From positions 6,014,001-6,078,000 of the forward strand of contig JBHGNT010000004.1 in NCBI GenBank assembly GCA_043228905.1: a stretch of 64,000 bases of DNA. The letters are read 5' to 3'. Made by a program: the position numbers and the translations under genes. The DNA is from Azolla caroliniana (taxonomy: Eukaryota; Plantae; Polypodiophyta). Shown piece by piece: positions 24,218 through 37,198 of this stretch (position 1 is its first letter; every line of letters begins with the position of its first letter). The notes below the pieces were generated by a model. It made no database searches, was not told the origin of the DNA, and worked only from the letters and a program-made list of their open reading frames with translations.

Positions 24218-24766
24218 ATGGAAGAAGAAGACTTCGACTTTGAGGAGATGATGGCGAAGATTGTGATGGATGCCCAACGGAAGAAGGCGAGGCAAGATGT
24301 GGCTCAACAAGCCGTCGAGAGGGTGGTTGATCGAGTCAGCCGATTCAACGGGGACGATGTCCCGAGGTTCTTGGAAGCGTACAATGCCGAGATGACGAAG
24401 AGGAGCGTGGACGAAATGATGCGGCTAGAATATTTTCGTGGAGTAGCGGCCATATCGGTGCACAAAGAGGTCAAGGAGCTTCAAGAAGCTCACAAGTTGT
24501 GGGAGTCCTTTGAGGGAGCTCTATTGGAGGCATACGGATATGCGAAACCGGAGTGGGTATGCCGGCAACCCGATGGGGAGCGGTTGGCAACAACATGGCC
24601 CGCGAGCGGCGGAGAAGAGAGAGCGGTGAGCGGCTACACACTATTGCCGGAGGAGAGCTCGACACGCGATCAACCGGAGGAGTACGACATAGAGGCATTG
24701 GTATGGGAGGCATGTGAGAGCGTGAAGGCGAAGTTCGAAGCCGAAGAAAGGCTTATTATGGAGTGA
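24218..24766 (+). CDS. Truncated Gag-like ORF
   Basis: RFNGDDVPRFLEAYNAEM...WESFEGALLEAYG resembles Gag at 59393 (WFGVKDAMSYLEAYRAEM...WEEFEGRLLEKYG). Confidence 0.7.
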   Translation: MEEEDFDFEEMMAKIVMDAQRKKARQDVAQQAVERVVDRVSRFNGDDVPRFLEAYNAEMTKRSVDEMMRLEYFRGVAAISVHKEVKELQEAHKLWESFEGALLEAYGYAKPEWVCRQPDGERLATTWPASGGEERAVSGYTLLPEESSTRDQPEEYDIEALVWEACESVKAKFEAEERLIME

Positions 24767-27383
24767 GCCCGGAGACGATCAGAGGATGTGGAGGAAGAAG
24801 CCTCCCTATGCGTGGACGATGGGGCCTATGCGGAGGCCGGAAGAGCGTTCAACAATGATGACGTGGGAGAGGGTGCAGAGCAAGCGACCCTCTCGTCTTA
24901 CGGAAAAGGGATGGCCATGGATGAGGCCGGTGACTACGAAGCGGGGAGCGCCACTTCGAGAGTGGGCGGAGGATTCGGGACACGGTGGCCCGAAACATCA
25001 AGCGGGGAGGGGATGAGCGGTGGTGCGGGACCTTACCCACACCGATTCTAGAGACTCCGGCATCCGGTCCGAGAGCCAATGTGAGGCCTAGAGTGACGAA
25101 CGATGGCAGGGGCAAGGCGGGCAAGCAAGACAACGGCAAGGAGATCGAGTAAGAGGAGGCAAGCATAATCGAGGCTTCCGCAATCGGATACGGGCTAGCC
25201 ACGAACAACGACGTCCGGATGGAGGTGGCTACGGACATAACGAGTGGCGGTGCCAGGATCTTACCCGCACCGGTTCTAGAGACTCTGGCATCCGGCCCGA
25301 AAGCTAGTATGAGACCTAGACTGACGGACGGTGGCGGCGGCAAGGCGGGTGACCGAAACGAAAAGGAGGATGTGAGGCCCGGAATGGGCATATACGAAAG
25401 GACCGAAGGGGAGGCCGAGAGTGGCAACAAGGAGAGCGTCGGGAACCGACCCGACCGAAAGGCGAACCGGGAAAAGAATGAAGCGGGGGCCGGTCAACCG
25501 GGTCCGAACCGAAGAAGAGCCGGCAAGACCGGAAGTGTTCAGCAGAACCCTTACTGGCCGGATACGATTATGGAAGGAAGCCGACCAAACTGGAACATGA
25601 TCGGTCGGTACCAAACATGGCAAGGGCCAAGCCGGCATGATTGGAGATCGGGGAGGACGAGTCGCAACACATGGTGGGAGCCGGTGAGCACGAGAAGGAG
25701 GCCAAGCAGGCATGATGACTACGGTTTCGTGAAAGACCGGAAATGGGCGGGACCCTCCACACCTATTCTAGAGACTTCAGCGGTTGCGGATCAACGTAAG
25801 ACTGGAGAAGCGGCGGGTGGCGGCGAGGAGTCGGTTACCGGAGTGGGTATCCGGTATGAAATAATGGACGAGCGGGGCCAAGACAGCAAGCCCGAGTCGG
25901 AACATGCTACGGCAACAAAGGAAGAAGAGGCCGACACAGAGGTTGGGTCTACGACGAGTGAAGGGCGTAAAACGGAGCATGCACCACGGCCGGCGAAGGG
26001 CCAAGAAGCAAACATGCACCCGAAAGAGTGGCAATGACTGACCGGCAATGGCGGACCGATCGAGCCTTTGAGAGGCAAGCACGCGGCGAGAGACGGAGCG
26101 GTAAGGTGTTGTGATCGACGGATGAACGGCGGGAGAGAAGGATGGTGCGCGGAGAACAAAGGGGTACACGCCGGGAAGAGAAAGCGCGGCGTCCCGGAGG
26201 ACATGTGAGGCCAAGAGGGCGCAAGTCGAGGTGAAGTGGTACCAAGAGCCGTGAAGGACACCGACATGGAGGTCGGTATAATGGTACGCTCTACCGCGAG
26301 AGAGCACGACAAGCAAGGGAGAAGGGAGGAGCACGTAATCCGAAGATCGAGCGCGCATTCGGGGGATGACAATGACACATGGAGAGAGCCTGTGGAAGGC
26401 AAGCATAGGATAGAAGGAGTCGGCACGAGGTATTTGGGAGGAGGAGACGGTCGAACCGAAGGAGGGACACACGCAGTATGAGGTACGCGGAATCCGGCGT
26501 GCGATCGGAGTGACCGAGGACCCGATCAGAGGACATATGCGGCAGACGAAAGAGGGGTGATCAGATCGGCAACGGGGTCCGGGAGGACCGATCGGGGTGG
26601 AAGGCGCGAACGTCGGATATGGTGAATCGGATGGTGCCGACAGTCGGGGACGTACGACGGATTGGGAGGCTACAACGGCTCGTGTGGAAGGGACGGGCAT
26701 GCTCGAAGTGGAAGACAAAGTCGAGCAAGGTCAACAAGGATGACCGCGGAGGCGAGTTCCTGGAAGGAGGACAGGGGCGCGGTCCGGAAGAAGATGGATA
26801 GGGGCCGATAAGGAGCCGGCGAGATGGTCAGGTGTCGGTAAGGCGGAGGACCCGGTTGATCACCGTCGCCGAAATCTCTCACCCTTTTCCTTTCTTGGCA
26901 CATACCGGTGGATGTGCGGTTTGGTGGGGGTGGATGTCGTGAATATTTCCGGCTATAGTGTCAAACCGGGGTGGAATGGGCAAGTCAGTGGTGTGCAACA
27001 TGTGTACATGTATAGTAGGAAAACGGTGTATAATATAAGGGGGAGTATTTATCCCACATTGTAATGTCCCTTAGGGTTTTCTTCTTGGGTTTCTTTAGGG
27101 TTTCTATGTTTCTTTGCTTACTTATCCGGTTAGGGTTTTCTTGTAGTCGTTTTTGGGGGTGCGGCCTATGCGGCCTTGGTGTTAATATAACATGTTGATG
27201 TTTCTTGTATTGTGGGTGTATCTTGCCTCCATCTATTCTACTCTATGTTTATCTGTCATTCTTCCTCTTCTCCTCTTGAGCTAATCTTCCATTTTGGGTC
27301 TTATTCCTTCTCCTCTACTCCCTAGTCCAAGACCCCCGTGGTCCCGCCTCGGATCCTACACACGCTCGCGGAATATCGCGACA

Positions 27384-30300
27384 ACGCGCTAGCCAATTGC
27401 GCCACCACCCCAATGATTGGCACACTTTCTATATGTAAATGTGTTGATTTTTTCATCACACAAATTCGGAATGACTGATCTAAAAAAGAGGACGTAATTT
27501 AATGGGTTTTGTTAAGTAGGATTTTAGTGTATCAAAACAACTTCTACTACCATGATAATGTTTTGATTTGTATATCACAAATATACTAAATGAGTCATCG
27601 TTTTAGTATGATAGAAGTGTATGAAACTATTTTCAAAAGAACTTCTACTACCATGTGAATGTTTTGATTTGTTTTTCACAAAAATTCTAAATGAGTCATC
27701 GTTACAAATAGAAGACATAATTTTATAGGTTTGTTAAGGATGGGGTGAGAGCGTATCAAACTCTTGTTATGACCTTAGGATTTCTCGCAACTATGATACC
27801 TACGTGCGAGCCAACTGAGCCACCACCCAATGATAACTTCAATTCCTATAAAATGTAAACGTGTTGATTTACTCATCACACAAATTCGGAATGACTAATC
27901 TAAAAAAGAGGACGTAATTTAATGTGTTTTGTTAAGTAGGATTAAAGTGTATGAAACTTTTTCAAAACAACTTCTACTACCATGAGAATGTTTTGTTTTG
28001 TATATCACAAATATACTAAATGAGTCATATTTACATACAATATTTTAATAATGGGTTTGTTAAGAATGGGGTGAGAGAATGTCGAACTCCCAACCTAAGG
28101 ATTTCTTAACGCTAGCTTAACAGAAATTAATTGTGTAATATAAGTGTTTCAACATAAACAAGTGGAGTGTATCAAAGTATTTTCCATATTCAGAATTTCT
28201 ACTATCCTATAAATGTTTTAATTTCTTTATCAGGCAAATTCAAAATGAGGAATTTAAAAGAGAAGACATAGTTTAATGACTTTGTTAAGTGGTGTAAAAG
28301 TGTATAATACTATTTTTCAAAAGAATTTCTACTATCATGTGAATGTTTTGCATTGTTCATCACAGAAATTCTAAATGAGCCTTCTAACACAGAAGATGTG
28401 GTTGATTGGGTTTGTTATGAATGGAGTGAGACGGTCTCAAAATCTTAATCTCATGATTTGTCGAAGCTATCTGACCTACACATTAGCCAAAAGTACCACC
28501 ACCCAATTCATGAGTGTCATTTGTACTATCATGTAAATGTTGAGAATAGGGTTCATCGATCCGGTCGAACGTTTCCTAATAGGAAGGAAAAAACAACTAA
28601 AATTATTGAGAATGGTGTGAGAAAGGCTCGAACTCTCAACCTCAAGATATCTTGAAGCTGTGAGACCTACGCACTAGCCAATTGCGCCACCACCCCATTG
28701 ATGAGGGTTAATTCTACTGTAATTAAATATTTTGATTTATTCGTCACACAAATTCAAAACGAGTAATCTAAAAACGAAAACACAATTTATTGGTTTTATT
28801 AAGTAGGATAGAAGTGTATGAACCTATTTTCAAAAGACCTTCTACTGCCATGTGAATGTTTTGAATTGTTCATCACAAAAATTCTAAATGAGTTATCGTT
28901 TCATTAGGATAGAAGTGTATGAAACTATTTTCAAAAGAAATTCTACTACCATGTGAATGGTTTGATTTGTTCATCACAAAAATTCGAAAATGAGTCATCG
29001 TTACAAATAGAAGACGGAGTTTTATGGGTATGTTAAGGATGGGGTGAGAGAGTCTTGAAGTCCTGACCTGAAGATTTCTCAAAGCTATAAGACGTACGCA
29101 CTAGCTAATTGCACCACCACTACAATGATGAGTGTAGTTTTACTATTATATAAATGTTTTGATTTATTCATCACACAAATTATTGGTCTAAAAAAGTGTA
29201 CGAAACTATTTTGAAAAGAACTTCTACTACCATGTGAATGTTTTGATTTGTTCATCATAAAAGTTCTAAAAGAGTCATCTTTACATACAGAAGACGTAGT
29301 TTTATGGGTTTGTTAAGAATGGGGTGAGAGAGTCTTGAAGTCTTGACCTCAAGATTTCTCGAAGCTATGAGACGTACACGCTAGCCAACAGCGCGACAAC
29401 GTGATCGATGCGTGTGGCTTTTACAATTTAAATAATTTTAGTTTCTACATGTGAATGTTTTGCCTTCTTCATTACAAAATTTTTAAATGAGTCATCTTTA
29501 CATACAGAAGAGGTAGTTTAATAAATGGTTTTTTAAGAATAGGTTGAGAGAGTCTCAAACTCTTGACCTCAGGATTTCTCAAAGCTATGAGACATACGTG
29601 CTTTCTCAAAATCGCGACCCCATTGATGAATGTGCTTTCCATATAATATAAATGTGTCAATTTATTCATCACACAATTCGGAATGACTAATCTAAAAAAG
29701 AAGACGTAGTTTAACGAAGTTTATGAAACTATTTTTAAATGAACTTCCACTACATGTGCCTGTTTTGATTTGTTCATCACAAAAATTCTATATGAGTCAT
29801 GATTACATACAAAAGACATAGTTTACTAATGGGCGTCACAATATTTCTCGAAGCTATGAGACCTACGCACTAGCCAACTACGTCGTCATGCCATTGATGA
29901 GTGTAGTTTTACTATTATATAAATGTTTTGATTTATTCATCACACAAATTCGAAATTACTAATCTAAAAAAGAAGATGTAATTTAATGGGTGTGTGAAAT
30001 AAGATAGAAGTGTGCAACTATTTTGAAAAGAATTTCTACTACCATTTGAATGTTTTGATTTGTTGATCATAAAAGTTCTAAATGAGTTATCTTTACATAC
30101 AGAAGCCATAGTTTTATGGGTTTGTTAAGAATGGGGTGAAAGAGTTTTGAAGTCCTGACTTGTAGATTTGTCGAAGCTATGAGACGTACGTGCTAGCCAA
30201 CTGCGCCACCACCCCATTGATGAGGATACTTTCTATCTCATGTAAATGTTTTGATTTATTCATCACACATATTCGGAATGACTAATCTAAAGAAGAAGAC

Positions 30301-31235
30301 GTAATTTAATGGGTTTTTTTAAGTTTATGAAACTATTTTCAAAACAACTTCTACTACCATGTGCATGTTATGATTTGTTCTTCACAAATATTCTAAATGA
30401 GTCAACTTTAAAATGTTTTTGTTAAGAATGGGGTGAGAGAGTCCCGAACTCCTGACCTCGAAGCTATGAGACCTACACGCTAGCAAACAACTCCATAACC
30501 CAATCGATGGTTGTACTTTTTAGAATTTTGATATTTATAGTTTATCACACAAATTTAAAATGAGTAATCTAAAATAGAAAATATAGTAGAATGGGTTTGT
30601 TAAGTGGGATAGAAGTGTATAAAAACTTTTTTTCAAAAGAGCTTCTACTATCGTGTGAATGTTTTGCTTTGTGTATCACACAAATTCCAAATCAATCATC
30701 TTAAATAGAAGACGTACTTTAATGGGTTTGTTAACAATGGGGTGGGGGAGTCTCAAACTCTCCACTTCAGGATTTCTTGAAGCTATGGGACCTACAGATT
30801 ATCCAACTGTGCTAGCAGTCCATGGATGATTATGGTTTCTACTTAACATATAATAATAGTGTGGGAGAAGTGTATAAAACCATTATTTGACAATCACAAT
30901 TTCTATAATCATGTGAATGTTTTGCTATGTTCATCGCACAAATTCGAAATGAGTAATCTAAAAATGAAGACGTAATTTAATGGGTTAAGTAGGATAGAAG
31001 TGTATGAAACTATTTTCAAAAGAACTTCTACTACCATGTGAATGTTTTGATTTGTTCATCACAAAAATTCTGAATGAGTCATCTTTACAAACAAAAGACC
31101 TAGTTTAATGGGTTTGTTAAGAATGGGGTGAGAGAGTCTCAAACTCTTGACCTCAAGATTTCTCGAAGTTATGAGGCCTATACTATAGCGAACAATGCCA
31201 CAACCTGATTGATGGGTGTGCTTTTTACAATTTTC
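27384..31235 (-). repeat. tRNA-Met(e)-derived satellite, block 2 (~12 copies, more diverged)
   Basis: Copies near 27741, 28067, 28422, 28613, 29040, 29320, 29540, 29830, 30132, 30429, 30738, 31124. Confidence 0.9.
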
Positions 31236-31277
31236 GATTTCGTGACTCCGTTACATGCAAGAATCCACCGAATGCCT

Positions 31278-31449
31278 TGTTGGGACATCGGTCCCTCCAG
31301 ATGGGATCCTGTGAGAACCGGAAGAGAAGACATATTTGTGAATATGTTTTTGAGTAAGCCCATTGAGGCTATATTTGTAGATAGCCCTAAGTTCATATAA
31401 GTTAGTCAAGGTGGTGTTTTTTCTTTTGTAATGAAAGCCATTATTTACG

Positions 31450-31492
<43 letters not shown>

Positions 31493-31767
31493 TGAGTGAG
31501 ATACAGAGTGATACTCTGTTGTAACCGCCGGTTGGCGAAGATACAGAGCTCGAGGTCGTTGCCTCTGAGGCTCTAATTGTACCTTTCTCCTATAGTGATA
31601 GTTGGAGTCTGTGGGCTCCCGTAGTTTTTCCCTCTTTGGGTTTTCCACATAAACATCATGTGTATTTCCTTGTGTACTCTCCATTTCCCATTTCTGTGTT
31701 TCATTCTCTTTGAAGTGATTCACGACTGGGTTGTGGCCGAGCAATATTCTGCGCGTTATTCTCTACA
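31278..31767 (+). mobile_element. Solo LTR (490 bp) related to copia B
   Basis: TGTTGGGA...CTACA; TSD TGCCT at 31273-31277 and 31768-31772; shares gaggctatatttgtagatagccc and tagtgatagttggagtct with the B LTR. Confidence 0.9.
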
Positions 31768-32573
31768 TGCCTCTCCAATGGACAACAACAGAAGATGAAG
31801 CTTAGAAGGCCCTTAAAATGATGTTGTCTCACGCACTGGTAGTATAACCACCCGATTGGTCACAACCTTTCCACGTGTTCGTTGATGCATCCGATGTGGC
31901 CATCGGCAACGCCTTAATGCAAATGATGCCCCCTAATTGGTATAGGCCATTTTACTATTCTAGTCTACGTCTCTCGACCGCTGAAAGGAATTACTCGACT
32001 ACAGAGAGAGAAGCGCTCGACATGATTTTCAGCATTACCAAGTTTTGGCACTACCTGTTCTGTCGAAAATTCACTTTCCACATCGATCACTCGGCCCTTC
32101 TATACTTGGTAACTGTCAAGACTCGTGGTAGAAGATAGAGTGAGAGCGAAAGAGAGAGGGTGTGTGTGTGTGTGTGCGTGAGAGAGAGAGAGAGAGAGTG
32201 AGAGAGATAAGACTTGAAATAGAAATGAGATTATATTATGATGAAACAAGATTACAATGAGTAGGCTAAGGGCTAAAGACTGGTGTTGAACCGAATGAGT
32301 TGAAACGAATGTATAGACAGTTATTTATAGGTCCTTATGGAGTAATCTAGAATGTTCTAGAATATTTTAGATTTTATGATAAGAAATATAATCATGAAAT
32401 ATTAAAGGATGTTCTAGAATAATCTAGAATGTTCTAGAATATTCTAATATCTTGTAATAACTAGAAACATAATTATTATAATCACACAACATATATGTTA
32501 TTACAATGGTTAAGGGTTCAACACATAGACCAAGAAGTCGTGGGTTCGATTCTTGATAACCAAAATGTTGTCT

Positions 32574-34328
32574 TCATGACATTATCCCCCCCTTTCGAGG
32601 ACGAGTTCCACGAGTCAGAAGACAAGAGTTCGGACTTGGTTTATGAGGATATTTGTCGTGAAATGCAACAACCATGTCGGAGGCATTAGCAAGATGCTCG
32701 GCAGGCTCCCATGTTCGATCATTAGGTGTATAACTTAACCAATCAACCAAATAATATAGTTTGTGGCGGATGATCTTGGAGTCGAGAATAGCAGCAACCT
32801 CATATTCAAAGCCATTGGAAACTTCGATTGGAGGTGGGGGAGGTGTAAGACGACCCGGAATAGAGCTTGTTGTGTAGGGCTCCAAAAGTGAAACATGGAA
32901 AACCGGGTGAAGACGCATATGAGGAGGGAGATCAAGACGAAATTTCACATCATTGATCTTACCAGAGATCACATATGGGCCGAAACGTTGATAATCCAAT
33001 TTGTAGCAAGGTCGAGTGGTTTTAATGCTACCTTGTAAGAGCCATACACGATCTCCTACTTGAAACGTAGTCGATGAATCACGCCGATGACTATCAACAA
33101 TCTTCTTTTGAGTGTTTTGGGCATCACATAAATGATGCAAAAGTATATCTTGAATTTCTTGGAGTCGAGTGAGCCGATCTTCAGCATCTGGGTTTTTCGG
33201 GAGTTCAGGATGTTCAAGCATCGTCCAACGAGGATGGTACCCAATGTTAGCAAAAAATGGGGAATAGCCAGTAGAAGAATGTTCGGAGTTGTTGTAAGCA
33301 AATTCCGCCAAATGTAATAAATCCACCCAATCATCTTGTTGATAGTTGACAAAACAACGTAGATATTGTTCGACTGTTTGGTTGGTGCGCTCACTCTGCC
33401 CATTAGTCTCTAGATGGTAGCCGGAAGAGAGTTTACAAGAAGTATGTAAGAGTTTGAACATGTGCCGCCAAAATTTCGAGATGAATTGGGGACCCCGATC
33501 ACTGATAATATCATCTGGAAGACCATGATGGCGAAACACCTCCTGCATGAGTAAATCGGCTGTCTCTTGACTAGTAATGGTCTTCGTGCATGGAAGGAAA
33601 TGCGCCATCTTCGTAAAACGATCGACTACCGTGAGAATAGAATCAAATCCCTTGGAAGGTGGAAGATCCGTAATAAAGTCCAAGGAAATAGATTTCCATG
33701 GGCTCTCCGGAATAGGCATTGGCTGTAATAGGCCATATGGATGATGTCGAGGCTTTTTTGATCGGCAATATGTATCACAACTACGAACATAATCTGTAAC
33801 AAAATGGCGAAGCCGTGGCCACCAATATCGGCAAGAAATCAACTCAAAAGTCTTGTGGATGCCGAAATGTCCATCCATTGGCGTGTCATGACATTGTTGC
33901 ACGACTTTGAGTCGAAAAGGACCGTCAGGCACATACAAGAGAGTTTGTTGAAAAAGCAAACCATCATGCCAATTGAACTGGGTGTAGTCTAGACGAGGAT
34001 TTTTAGATTGAGAGCTGGAAGCACGATGTGGGATAATATGACTCAAAACCTCTTGGGCGAATGCATCTGTCGCAATCTGCTCCCGAATGGAATCAAGAAG
34101 CCTCAAATCTCCTGGTGTGTTGATAGTATGTATTGCCATTACTCGTAGACGATCAGGACCTAAGAGGATTTGCTTTTGACTTTCAAATGCGGCCTCTCCT
34201 AGTTGAAGTTCCATATATGAACGTCGAGATAAAGCATTTGCTTTTCCTTGTTGCATCCCAGGGCGATATAGAATTACAAAATCAAAACGAGTTAAGAACT
34301 GCGCCCAACGAGCTTGTCGACGATTCAA
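32574..34328 (-). CDS. RNase H tail, integrase and C-terminal chromodomain (orphaned by the deletion)
   Basis: WKSISLDFITDLP, SDRGPQF, RFGPY, YEVAAILDSK...YLVDW...TWEP. Confidence 0.88.
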   Translation of the reverse strand: MNRRQARWAQFLTRFDFVILYRPGMQQGKANALSRRSYMELQLGEAAFESQKQILLGPDRLRVMAIHTINTPGDLRLLDSIREQIATDAFAQEVLSHIIPHRASSSQSKNPRLDYTQFNWHDGLLFQQTLLYVPDGPFRLKVVQQCHDTPMDGHFGIHKTFELISCRYWWPRLRHFVTDYVRSCDTYCRSKKPRHHPYGLLQPMPIPESPWKSISLDFITDLPPSKGFDSILTVVDRFTKMAHFLPCTKTITSQETADLLMQEVFRHHGLPDDIISDRGPQFISKFWRHMFKLLHTSCKLSSGYHLETNGQSERTNQTVEQYLRCFVNYQQDDWVDLLHLAEFAYNNSEHSSTGYSPFFANIGYHPRWTMLEHPELPKNPDAEDRLTRLQEIQDILLHHLCDAQNTQKKIVDSHRRDSSTTFQVGDRVWLLQGSIKTTRPCYKLDYQRFGPYVISGKINDVKFRLDLPPHMRLHPVFHVSLLEPYTTSSIPGRLTPPPPPIEVSNGFEYEVAAILDSKIIRHKLYYLVDWLSYTPNDRTWEPAEHLANASDMVVAFHDKYPHKPSPNSCLLTRGTRPRKGGIMS

Positions 34329-34504
34329 GACTCGAGCACTTTGGAAGTATTTTAGATTTTATGATAAGAAATATAATCATGAAATATTAAAGGATGTTCT
34401 AGAATAATCTAGAATGGTTCAACTCCCGGCAATGGAACCACAACTAGGTACAGACTCTACATATCTAGGATGGTCCAACCAAATGGCTCCTATTTTGGCC
34501 GGAC

Positions 34505-35628
34505 TTATTCGTTTAACACATCCTCCAATTGGCTCAAGACATCAAATCTATTCTCATGGCATGGGTTATTAGGCTTAGTAGTTAAGTTATTAGAAGTGAT
34601 AGTAGAACTCATGGTAGGGTTGTCATGTGCACTTGGTAAACTTGTCGTCGGGGTTTATGTGGACAATTCACACCAATATGTCTTGGACCACCACAATAGA
34701 GGCATAGGTGATGCGCCCGACGTCGTTGTTTCTCAACATCTGATAAAGGCCCTCGACGTTGTGTTGACTCTATTTCCATCAGAGTGGGACCATCCCTCGT
34801 AACGGGTCTGGGAACTTGTGGCGGTGTTGCGACTATTGAAGCATACGTCTGTTCCGGTTGACGGCGTAGCATTTGTTGACGTTCAGAACGTCGCTCAAAT
34901 AGGTGATTATCACATTGCACAGCTCGACTAATGGCCTCTGTAAGAGAGTTTGGATCTTCGTGTAAAGTAAGAAGAAGATCTTTGACATCGTTACGCAAAC
35001 CCTGACGAAATTGATCCATTAAGGCTGCCTCATCCCAAGGGATGTCACATGCCAAGAGACGGAAATCTGCTGCGTAGGCTGAAGCAGGACGATCTCCTTG
35101 TCGGAGTCCTCAAATCTTGTTTATTGCCGTTCTAGTGCTATCGGTGTCTCCAAAACTAGCTTGAAACTCTTTAACGAATGCCTCGAAATCCTCCAACAAT
35201 GGTGATTTCTTCTCTAGAAGTGGTGCAAAGCATGCTAATGCGGTACCGCTTAGCAAGGTTCCTATTAATCCCACACGAGCAACATCAGTTGGGTACCGAT
35301 TGGGATGTAACTGAATCACCAAACGGACTTGATTCAGGAAACCTCGAAACAAAGATCTGGTACCATCAAACTTGGAAGGGAGGCTAATCTTTGGTTCCCT
35401 TGGGGAGTTTTGAACCCCCGCCGCTTGTTCTCGTAATGTTAATATAGTAGCCTCGAGTTGATGAACCCGTTGTGATAACTCCTCATATTGATGAGCTTTC
35501 TCGGTACTCACTTGTTGTAAATACCCGAGTAGTCTATGATTTTCTTGCTCTAATGCCACAAACTTAGTCGTGAGCATGTCGAGCTCAGAAAGGACACGCA
35601 TATACTCTTGCTTGCTAACGGATTCCAT
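34505..35628 (-). pseudogene. gag of the minus-strand chromovirus
   Basis: EPKISLPSKFDG, WDEAALMDQFRQGL, CLYCGGPRHIGVNC; internal stops. Confidence 0.85.
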
Positions 35629-37124
35629 AACTGAGGGAGAAAAAGAAAGAAGGGAAAAGAAGAAAGCTTGCTAGGGTTATTGGAAAAGGAAACAGAAAAT
35701 GCGGCTAAAACTGTCGAGACTCGTGGGTAGAAGATAGAGTGAGAGCGAAAGAGAGAGGGTGTGTGTGTGTGTGCGTGAGAGAGAGAGAGAGTGAGAGAGA
35801 TAAGACTTGAAATAGAAATGAGATTATATGATGATGAAACAAGATTACAATGAGTAGGCTAAGGGCTAAAGACTGGTGTTGAACTGAATGAGTTGAAACG
35901 AATGTATAGACAGTTATTTATAGGTCCTTTTGGAGTAGTCTAGAATGTTCTAGAATATTTTAGATTTTATGATAAGAAATATAATCATGAAATATTAAAT
36001 GATGTTCTCGAATAATCTAGAATGTTCTAGAATATTCTAATATCTTGTAATAACTAGAAACATAATTATTATAATCACACAACATATATGTTATTATAAT
36101 GGTTAAGGGTTCAACACATAGACCAAGAAGTCGTGGGTTCGATTCTTGATAACCAAAATGTTGTCTTCATGACAGTAACGAAGCAATCTTTAACCGGCAT
36201 ATTGGCTCAATGGATGCTCTTATTACAAGAATTCGAATTTGACATGCCTTATCGCCCTGGGGTAGAACACGTAGTGACCAATTACCTCAATTGTCTCAAA
36301 TCGGGGGAGCTAGCTGAGGGCATACACGATGATCTCCCAGAAGCCGAAATTTTCGGAATCTCCCCCACACCTCCAAATCTGCATTCTGAAGATAGGTGGA
36401 TAGACGAAATGACACACTTCCTAACCACCGGCTCCACCCGAGTACTTGTCCCTTGACGCAAAGAAGCGTCTGGCTATCCCTAGTCAAATTTTCTGCCTCT
36501 TAAACGATACATTATACCACAAAGGCATGAATGTTGTACGACATATGGCATTGAGCGGTTCGGAAATTCGAAGAAGATGCCATCTTCCGAGAGGCACATT
36601 ATGGAATCGCGGGAGGCCACTATGCAGGCGATGCGAGGACCCATAAAGTTTGGCAGAGCAGATTATGGTGGATGACAATACAGAAAGATGATCACGAAGT
36701 CTGTCGACAATGCGATCTCTGCCCACTAAATGAGCTCGGATGCCCCACCAGCCGATCCTTTCGCACAAGCCATTCAAGAAGTGGGGTTTGGATTTCGTTG
36801 ACCCATTCAAGCCCGTCGTGGCCCGAACCGGAAATCAATACATTATTGTCGCAACCTATTACTATACCAAGTGGGTCGAAGAAAAGGCACTTCGGGATAA
36901 CACGGTTGCCTCCACGAAAAAATTAAGGGCATACATGTATTCTCAAATCAATTTGAATCAACACCAGTCTTTAGCTCTCATTACATATCTTGTATCCATT
37001 CTCTTTCTTTCTCTATCTTATACATCCATTCTTCTCTTAGTATTTGGTTCCTTTCTTCTCGTGTTCTCTAATATCCTTCTTCCATCACTCTATCTTTTAT
37101 CCTTGGTTTTGACAGTTTGATTCA

Positions 37125-37165
<41 letters not shown>

Positions 37166-37198
37166 TCTCTTATCCTCCTTTGTAACCATCTTGTAACC

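Larger units (their letters stand above)
23592..27383 (+). mobile_element. Non-autonomous LTR element of the tRNA-Trp-primed family, inserted inside a tRNA-Met copy
   Basis: LTRs 23592-24173 and 26935-27383 (the latter internally deleted); PBS 24178-24195; PPT GGTGGGGGTGGA; 4-bp TSD ACGT/ACGC; no pol. Confidence 0.88.
32114..36174 (-). mobile_element. Chromoviral (Tcn1/Tf1-like) gypsy with protease-RT-RNase H deleted
   Basis: LTRs 32114-32581 and 35712-36174; TSD GTAAC at 32109-32113 and 36175-36179; PPT next to 32581; no tRNA PBS. Confidence 0.95.
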
